Assembly: GCA_050746925.1 (NCBI GenBank)
Contig: JBOGNA010000110.1
Location: forward strand, 726 to 64,725
Reading direction: 5' to 3'
DNA: 64,000 nucleotides
Source of the DNA: Candidatus Acidiferrales bacterium
GTDB lineage: Bacteria > Acidobacteriota > Terriglobia > Acidiferrales > UBA7541
Below are positions 58,424 through 64,000 of the stretch, piece by piece. Position 1 is the stretch's first letter. Every line of letters begins with the position of its first letter. Under the pieces are notes generated by a model. The model worked only from the letters and a program-made list of their open reading frames with translations. It was not told the DNA's origin and searched no databases. A program made the position numbers and the translations under genes.

Positions 58424-58888
58424 TCACTTCTTCGCGCGGTCCTTCAGCAGGCCCTTCAGCTCGTCCATGAATTCTTTCACGTCCTTGAAATCTAGATAGA
58501 CGGACGCGAAGCGAACGTAGGCAACCTTGTCGAGCTTCTTGAGGCTCTTCATAAGCTGCTCGCCGATTTCTGCCGTCGTGCGCTCACGCTCCGGCGCTTC
58601 GCTGACGTAGGCTTCCGCTTCGTCCACAATCGTTTCGAGCTTTCCGACTGGCACAGGGCGCTTTTCGCACGCCTTCAGCAATCCCTGCAAGATTTTCTGG
58701 CGGTCGAATTTCTCGCGGCGGCCGTCTTTCTTGATGACCATGTACGGAATTTCGTCGATGCGCTCGTAGGTGGTAAAGCGGCGGTTGCATTTCAGGCACT
58801 CGCGGCGGCGGCGAATCAAGTCGCCCGTGCGCGCCTCTCGCGAATCTACGACTTTGTCATCGAGGTGCGCGCAAAAGGGGCACTTCAA
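58424..58888 (-). CDS. nrdR: Transcriptional repressor NrdR
   Basis: It has the zinc ribbon KCPFC...CLKCNRRFTTYE and an ATP-cone. TTG 58888 is preceded by GAGAGGA. The ORF-track 335-aa version is an out-of-context extension. Confidence 0.9.
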   Translation of the reverse strand: MKCPFCAHLDDKVVDSREARTGDLIRRRRECLKCNRRFTTYERIDEIPYMVIKKDGRREKFDRQKILQGLLKACEKRPVPVGKLETIVDEAEAYVSEAPERERTTAEIGEQLMKSLKKLDKVAYVRFASVYLDFKDVKEFMDELKGLLKDRAKK

Positions 58889-60003
58889 CGAGTCCTCTCT
58901 TTCCGAGCCGCCGGCTGCCGCTCGGCATCCGCCAGCAACGTCGCTTCGCCCGCCCGCTCTTGCTCTTTGACCATGCGCCGCAATTCTCCCATCGACCAGC
59001 CCTCTCGAAACATCAATGGCACGCCGACCAGGCAGCACCCCGCAAACGTGATCAGCCACGTGACGATGGATACGGTCACGGCTGCTTCCTGTTCTACTCC
59101 AAAAATCAGCGTGAACACAAGAATGCTGCTGGCCTGCGCGCCGCCGCCCACTCCGGGAAGTTGGGCCACCGATCCCACCATCGTGAACGCGAGAACCAGC
59201 AGCGCCCCGGCAAAATCGAGCGACGCAAGCTGTCCGCCGAACGCATGGGCGATCCAAAGATAAATGAATGCCACCAGCAGCCAGTGCAGCGCTGTATAAA
59301 CCACCAGCAATGCCAAATCGCTCCACCCGCGAATTCCCTGCAGCCCCTCGCTGAATCCTTCGACGACGACAACAATTTTCTCGCGCCAGCCGGTGCGCCA
59401 CTTCGGTTCCTGCAATCGTGTGGCCAGCCATCGAGCGCCGTGGTAGCGAAAATAAACGAGCAGTGCGATCACTACAACGAGCCCCAGCAGCAGCGCCTTC
59501 CCCGTCGAACGGGCGAAAGCCAGCAGATGCGCGTTCTGATCGTTCACGAGCCCGCGCCCCTGGAAAAGCACAAGCGCGACACCTGCCAGCACCACCGTCG
59601 CGGCGATATCCGAAATCCGCTCGAGGAAATAGACGCCGAACATTCCAGCGACGGGCAGCGAATCCTTCTTGGCAATCAAAATCGGGCGAATGGGCTCCGC
59701 CGGACGTCCCAGCAGAAAGTTACAAGCGAACCCCATAATCGTCGCACTGAACATATTCCAGAAGTTGGTGCGCCCCAGGGTTCGCGAAAACTGCATCCAG
59801 CGCAGCGCGCGAATCGCGTAGCAGACGTAGATCGCCACGAGCGACAGAAGCAGGAGAGCGAGATTCGCGTGACGGAGCGAGGCAGCCACCGCGCCCCAAT
59901 CGAACCTCTTCATCGCAGAAGAATGCCGGAACTCAAAGAAAATAAATCCGGCAACCGCGACCGCCACAACGAGCAAAAAGTATTTTCGGGACTTGCCAGC
60001 CAT
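58885..60003 (-). CDS. Flippase-like / lysylphosphatidylglycerol-synthase TM-region family membrane protein
   Basis: It has about 8 TM helices in a UPF0104-like pattern. Its stop overlaps the nrdR start (TTGA). Confidence 0.75.
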   Translation of the reverse strand: MAGKSRKYFLLVVAVAVAGFIFFEFRHSSAMKRFDWGAVAASLRHANLALLLLSLVAIYVCYAIRALRWMQFSRTLGRTNFWNMFSATIMGFACNFLLGRPAEPIRPILIAKKDSLPVAGMFGVYFLERISDIAATVVLAGVALVLFQGRGLVNDQNAHLLAFARSTGKALLLGLVVVIALLVYFRYHGARWLATRLQEPKWRTGWREKIVVVVEGFSEGLQGIRGWSDLALLVVYTALHWLLVAFIYLWIAHAFGGQLASLDFAGALLVLAFTMVGSVAQLPGVGGGAQASSILVFTLIFGVEQEAAVTVSIVTWLITFAGCCLVGVPLMFREGWSMGELRRMVKEQERAGEATLLADAERQPAARKERTR

Positions 60004-60115
60004 TGGTGGCAGAAGCTAACAGCTCGGTTCCGAAGGTGTCAAGCCGGGACTGGCAGGATGTTGTCAGCAGGGCGTGAATAATTTCCGCGAAGGCGTGGCT
60101 TTTGGCTGCCCAATT

Positions 60116-61282
60116 TCAATCCGCAACAGCCCGCCGCACCGAGCGCCGCTCGATCACTTCACCGAGCCGCTCAAGCGCAGCGCCAAATCTCTTCGACACA
60201 GCGCCAAACCCCAGCCGGAAATGCGCGGGAGCGTCAAAACAATCGCCCGGATCGAGCAGCACACCGTTTTTGGCAGCTTCCACGCAAAACGGGCGAGAAT
60301 CCTCGCCGGAATTCAGCCACGGAAACGCGGTCATGCCGCCTTCGGGCCGGATCCAGCTCAGAGTGTCTGCGTGCGCTTCAAAGAATCGGTCGAGCATCGC
60401 GAGGTTCGCTTTCGTCACCGCGCGAACGCGCTCGTAAATCGCCTGGTGATTTCGAAGCGCGAGCACGGCTAGCGCCTCGCTCATGGCAGCGCCAGACACG
60501 GTCGAGTACGCCCGTGCCGTCCGGTAGCGCTCCATCCGGCTGCGATCGCGTTCCACGATCCATCCGATTCGCAATCCGCCCAGGCAGAGGGCTTTCGAAA
60601 AATCTCCCAGCACCGTCGCGTGAGGCAGCCGGGTCGCCGAAGCGACTGTGGAAGCGGTCGCAGGAGAAGTAGCACCAGGCCGCTCGTGATACACCGGATG
60701 AAACACCTGATCCACCACGAATTGAATCCCGCGCCCCGCGGCAAAATCGTGCAGGCCCTCGAGCTCCTGCGCGTCAATCGTCGCACCCGTGGGATTGTGC
60801 GGCGAATTCACCAGCAGCAATTTCGTGCGCGCATCCACGAGCGCCTCGATTTCCTCCCGCACGATGCGAAATCGATTCTCGCGCCGCTGATGATAAAAAC
60901 GCACTTCCGTTCCGAGCGCTCGCGGCATCTCGTAGAACGAAGGAAACGCCGGCATCGACACGACTACGTTCGCGCCCGGCTCCGCGCAATCGCCGAACAG
61001 GAGCAGCAGCGCCTCCGCCGCTCCGGTCGTCACCTGCAAGTCCGCCGCATCCACGCGTTCCAGCTTTGCGATCTCGTCGCACAAAGGCGCGCTGCCCTGC
61101 AAGCGCGTGTAGTCCAAACTCGTATCCAGCAGCCGGTTCCACTCATCCGGTTCGCCAAGCGCCAGTAATTCCCGCAGCGTCCACACTGGACCAGTGCTCG
61201 TGGAAAGATCGAACTCCATCGGCCGCTCGGAATGTTGATACTCGTTCATCCACTCATCCAGCAAAAACCGGTTGAAACGCAT
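60116..61282 (-). CDS. Pyridoxal-phosphate-dependent aminotransferase, class I/II
   Basis: It contains LLVNSPHNPTG and the PLP-lysine region LGDFSKALCLGGLRIGW. ATG 61282 was chosen. Confidence 0.85.
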   Translation of the reverse strand: MRFNRFLLDEWMNEYQHSERPMEFDLSTSTGPVWTLRELLALGEPDEWNRLLDTSLDYTRLQGSAPLCDEIAKLERVDAADLQVTTGAAEALLLLFGDCAEPGANVVVSMPAFPSFYEMPRALGTEVRFYHQRRENRFRIVREEIEALVDARTKLLLVNSPHNPTGATIDAQELEGLHDFAAGRGIQFVVDQVFHPVYHERPGATSPATASTVASATRLPHATVLGDFSKALCLGGLRIGWIVERDRSRMERYRTARAYSTVSGAAMSEALAVLALRNHQAIYERVRAVTKANLAMLDRFFEAHADTLSWIRPEGGMTAFPWLNSGEDSRPFCVEAAKNGVLLDPGDCFDAPAHFRLGFGAVSKRFGAALERLGEVIERRSVRRAVAD

Positions 61283-61419
61283 CGCTTCCTCCCGATCGTA
61301 TCCTTCCGAATCCTGCGCCGAAGCACCCACTTTCCACCTGGCGGCGCGCCTCTGCAACAGCCAAAATGGCGCAAACAGGCAAGGCCAAATACAACCTGGC
61401 GGAGAGCGGTCTGGGGAGC

Positions 61420-61427
61420 CAGGCGTT
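61420..61427. repeat. Target-site duplication CAGGCGTT (left)
   Basis: The identical 8-mer directly abuts the outer side of both terminal inverted repeats. Confidence 0.8.
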
Positions 61428-61444
61428 GGTGGTGTCTTAATTTG
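61428..61444. repeat. Terminal inverted repeat, left
   Basis: GGTGGTGTCTTAATTTG is the exact reverse complement of 63858-63874. Confidence 0.85.
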
Positions 61445-61456
61445 AAGTTCGCCGCG

Positions 61457-61639
61457 CTAGAGATTGGCATTTAGAGTGCTCCTAATCCATTGTGAAACGG
61501 TCTGCTTCGCGCTCTTGGCTTTCGACTCAATGGCTCTCAGTTCCTCTGGCGTGACGCGCACACGCAACGTACCAGCTTTCGCGTGTCCCTTCGGAAGCGG
61601 CGGCCTACCAGCCTTCTTAGCTTTCTTGAGCTTCGGCAT
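61457..61639 (-). CDS. Ribbon-helix-helix (CopG/MobC-like) small DNA-binding protein
   Basis: AGGAG lies upstream of ATG 61639. It has a basic N-terminus followed by LRVRVTPEELRAIESKAKSAKQTVSQWIRSTL, a beta-strand plus two-helix RHH pattern. Confidence 0.6.
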   Translation of the reverse strand: MPKLKKAKKAGRPPLPKGHAKAGTLRVRVTPEELRAIESKAKSAKQTVSQWIRSTLNANL

Positions 61640-61928
61640 TCCTGAACTCCTGAACGATGGATGCGCGAACCGCCAGAACTGCTGAGGTCACTGGGTGGAC
61701 GTGCAGAACAGTGACATGCCGTCGTGGATTCGCGGCATCGTCTGTCTCGTGCGCCCATGCGTAAACCATTGGCGCTTTCGGGTGTCCCACCAGCTCGAAC
61801 ACTTCTACGATTCCCTCCCACACCGTCTTTCCCTGAAACGTCTCTTTCACTGGCACGCTCTCAATGTATTTCGATTCGACGCCATGCAAACGCCGAATTA
61901 CGTCCCGAAGCTCCTCAATGTGATTCAA
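61617..61928 (-). CDS. Hypothetical protein (103 aa), translationally coupled to the transposase
   Basis: The TTG start overlaps the transposase stop by 2 nt, with GAGG upstream. The 3' end overlaps the RHH gene by 23 nt. No family was recognised. Confidence 0.5.
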   Translation of the reverse strand: MNHIEELRDVIRRLHGVESKYIESVPVKETFQGKTVWEGIVEVFELVGHPKAPMVYAWAHETDDAANPRRHVTVLHVHPVTSAVLAVRASIVQEFRNAEAQES

Positions 61929-62728
61929 GCTGCCGCCTCAATCAAATCCCGCACTGTCAGGAAATCCCGTTCGATTCCTGCCGCCATTGCGGGAGTCATA
62001 CGAAGCGTATTGTGGCGCTTCACAAAATTGTAGTAAGCGAAGTGAAGCGCAACGGCTGCCTCGAAGTTTTCCAGCTTCTTGCTGAAAGCGTAGGTGAGAC
62101 GGGTCAAGCGTCGCATGTGAAGGCGCGTGGTGCCGTTCAATCGCTCAACGTGGCTCGTGGAAGCAAGCGCTAGGTCGGGACGGCCAACGAGCGGAGTCTT
62201 GTCCACGCGAATCACTTCCGCATCGGCTGCCTCGCTCTCGAAAACCTTGACGATCTGCGCGAAGTCCACGTTGGAGCCGAAGGCTAGTTCGACGGCTTCC
62301 ACATACTGCCGCAATGCGTCCGTAGAGATTTGAACGCGATTGGCTAGGCGTGAAGCTACATCGCTAACAAATGCGTTCGCCGTGGCTGCATCCCGCTTGC
62401 CCACCATGAACGAAGGAACCAGCTTGTTTTCGGGGTCAATCGCGCAGAACGTCCAAGCGTCGCCCATTTCCGGGTTATCGTCGGGCATTACATGGCGCTG
62501 CTTCTTGCCGATGAATCCCCACAATTCATCGAATTGCAGTTGTTCGCAGGGGAGATTCCGCATCTTGCGGTCGAGCAGATTCGCGCAGCCCTTACCGACG
62601 CGCACGCCAAGATTCATAATCGTGTTGCGGTTAATGCCCGTCATACGCTCAATCTGCCGGATGCCAGAGCCTTCCGCCAGTGCGCTTATCACTGCCACCT
62701 GCTTTTCTTTCGGTAGGACGTTCGCCAT
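61925..62728 (-). CDS. DDE transposase, IS1-family-like (single ORF, 267 aa)
   Basis: It has an N-terminal HTH (SGIRQIERMTGINRNTI), then DELWGFIGKKQ and HVERLNGTTRLHMRRLTRLTYAFSKK...YNFVKRHNTLRMTPAMAAG. Confidence 0.85.
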   Translation of the reverse strand: MANVLPKEKQVAVISALAEGSGIRQIERMTGINRNTIMNLGVRVGKGCANLLDRKMRNLPCEQLQFDELWGFIGKKQRHVMPDDNPEMGDAWTFCAIDPENKLVPSFMVGKRDAATANAFVSDVASRLANRVQISTDALRQYVEAVELAFGSNVDFAQIVKVFESEAADAEVIRVDKTPLVGRPDLALASTSHVERLNGTTRLHMRRLTRLTYAFSKKLENFEAAVALHFAYYNFVKRHNTLRMTPAMAAGIERDFLTVRDLIEAAA

Positions 62729-62827
62729 TTGCGCTCTCCCTATGCCAATAACTGTACCCCAATAAGTATTGCTTGTCAAGAGATATTTGTGTGGTACAGT
62801 ATTGGAATCGAGTAGCCGAAGGCCAAT

Positions 62828-63841
62828 ATGACCAATCCAACACCCGAAAACGATAAGAACCAGCCCCAGCAGAGCGCCCCAGACGGTTCCTTTTCTGGAG
62901 ATGTAGGAGAAGTGAAGGCAGATGAGTCCATAAAGGACACAGAGCAGTCCACATCCGCAGGCCGCAACACCTCGCCACCACACGAACCTTGGAGATTGAA
63001 TTTGGGAGGGAAAATCGGCGAGTGGTGGGATTCCCTGAAGAAAGCGGAGGTCAGCAATAGACTTATTGCCCTCGCGACGATCGCGATGGCCGTCGCCACG
63101 ATTGTAACCACATACGAAATCATTACAAGCTCCGGACAAACCGACAGAATCGTAGCTGCCTCCGAGAAGATTCAATCTGCCTTGGAGAACAGCAACATAC
63201 AAAATAGGCGAGCCCTGAGGCGTATATTGCGGGAGAACCGCAACGACTTGGGCCAAACCTTGGCGCAAAACCAGAGGCAATTCGAAGCTACATTGGTTGA
63301 AATGAAGAGGCAGAGCAAGGCAATGAATAATGCTGCCACAGCAAGTTCCGGTCTCGCCGTAACTGCCAACAAAGCTCTTGAGGCCCAAACGCGCCCTTCG
63401 GTAGGAATAGATGGCCCCATCGAAGCCGAGAACGCCGATCCAAAAGCTGACCATATGATCCTCAAGATTAAATTCCGAAACTACGGGCGATCCCCGGCGA
63501 TTTTGCCCGCTAATCCGTACTTCAGGCTGACGACCGGAGGCGGACACGGCGGTTGGTGTGATGACAATGCCCATAGGTGGACAGAAGTCGAAAAGCCACT
63601 TCATGAAAAGGGTTACGGCAAACACCTTGACGCAGTCTTTCCCGGAAATGAGGGAATCATTATTGATGTTTATGCTCCATATGAGGGTGCCGAATTCCAC
63701 AGCGGTAAACTCATTCTCATTGGTTGCATCGCTTATAAAAGTGGCACTGATGCGGTCTACCATACTGAGGTCGTTTATTGGGTCAATCGGCCTGAGGGCA
63801 GGAACGTCGAATTTGAGAGACGGGACACAGAACCCTACTAG
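62828..63841 (+). CDS. Hypothetical membrane-anchored protein (337 aa), IS passenger
   Basis: Purine-rich first codon positions favour the plus strand. It has a disordered N-terminus, one TM helix (LIALATIAMAVATIVTTYEII), a Q/N/R-rich helical segment and a beta-rich C-terminus. Confidence 0.6.
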   Translation: MTNPTPENDKNQPQQSAPDGSFSGDVGEVKADESIKDTEQSTSAGRNTSPPHEPWRLNLGGKIGEWWDSLKKAEVSNRLIALATIAMAVATIVTTYEIITSSGQTDRIVAASEKIQSALENSNIQNRRALRRILRENRNDLGQTLAQNQRQFEATLVEMKRQSKAMNNAATASSGLAVTANKALEAQTRPSVGIDGPIEAENADPKADHMILKIKFRNYGRSPAILPANPYFRLTTGGGHGGWCDDNAHRWTEVEKPLHEKGYGKHLDAVFPGNEGIIIDVYAPYEGAEFHSGKLILIGCIAYKSGTDAVYHTEVVYWVNRPEGRNVEFERRDTEPY

Positions 63842-63857
63842 TAGCAGAACAAAAATC

Positions 63858-63874
63858 CAAATTAAGACACCACC
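63858..63874. repeat. Terminal inverted repeat, right
   Basis: CAAATTAAGACACCACC lies 17 bp after the stop of the 337-aa gene. Confidence 0.85.
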
Positions 63875-63882
63875 CAGGCGTT
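63875..63882. repeat. Target-site duplication CAGGCGTT (right)
   Basis: It is identical to 61420-61427. Confidence 0.8.
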
Positions 63883-64000
63883 CGATTGCTTGTGTTCCCT
63901 TGCGCAATATCGATAAGATGCCGATGACGCCGTGGAACTTTTCGTCCCCAAATTGCGTTTCATGATTGAGGCCGAAGAGGTGAAGCAAGTTGCGAGGCTG

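Larger units (their letters stand above)
61428..63874 (-). mobile_element. IS1-family-like insertion sequence (2,447 bp) with passenger genes
   Basis: The perfect 17-bp TIRs are GGTGGTGTCTTAATTTG and CAAATTAAGACACCACC. There is an 8-bp TSD and an internal DDE transposase. The element has visibly lower GC than its flanks. Confidence 0.85.

Noticed and set aside
61246-61470. 74-aa minus-strand ORF spanning the left IS junction, suggesting a gene disrupted by the IS
   Set aside because: The reconstructed pre-insertion frame gives a Gly/Cys/Arg-rich product that overlaps the aminotransferase start. There is no evidence that a real gene was interrupted.
62729-63988. N-terminal 420 codons of the 687-aa minus-strand ORF that would extend the transposase
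   Set aside because: The frame runs through the right TIR and TSD into flanking DNA. It is Cys/Trp-rich and is the in-register antisense of a plus-strand ORF with better coding statistics. The transposase homology starts only at ATG 62728.

Overview
This is a GC-rich bacterial chromosomal segment. Gene content and the dispersed REP-like repeats look Acidobacteriota-like, but that is inference only. I can support about 60 protein genes and one tRNA-Lys(UUU).

Most of the window is core metabolism and envelope biology:
- uvrC (3' part) and a translationally coupled cysteine desulfurase-mnmA pair.
- A LytS/LytTR two-component pair, DppB/DppC-type permeases and a CNNM/CorC transporter.
- A penicillin-acylase-family protein and the run mutM-xseB-ispA-tlyA-nadK.
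- A GAF-GAF-PP2C phosphatase and deoC-rpiB-hpt.
- A sigma28-type promoter in front of a PAS/degenerate-GGDEF gene followed by motA-motB.
- A thiolase, TauE/DUF1634, an ABC-F ATPase and HPF.
- A large minus-strand envelope-lipid block: shc-hpnH-hpnA-hpnG, two Zn-dehydrogenases, a fused hpnC-hpnD and hpnE. It is flanked by lpxD, an LpxL-like acyltransferase and an ArnT-like glycosyltransferase.

The observations most worth a second look:
1. A complete 2,447-bp IS1-family-like element (61428-63874) has perfect 17-bp terminal inverted repeats and an 8-bp target-site duplication. It carries three uncharacterised passenger genes.
2. A recombination scar at 9208-9569 joins a 3' fragment of a divergent dppC allele (almost all differences synonymous) to a duplicated 3' end of the SAM-hydrolase gene.
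3. Two polyol-dehydrogenase-like genes sit inside the hopanoid cluster.
4. deoC and rpiB carry microcompartment-style N-terminal add-ons, but no shell genes are nearby.
5. A dispersed hairpin repeat family has compensatory stem changes between copies.

No CRISPR array, rRNA or prophage was seen.
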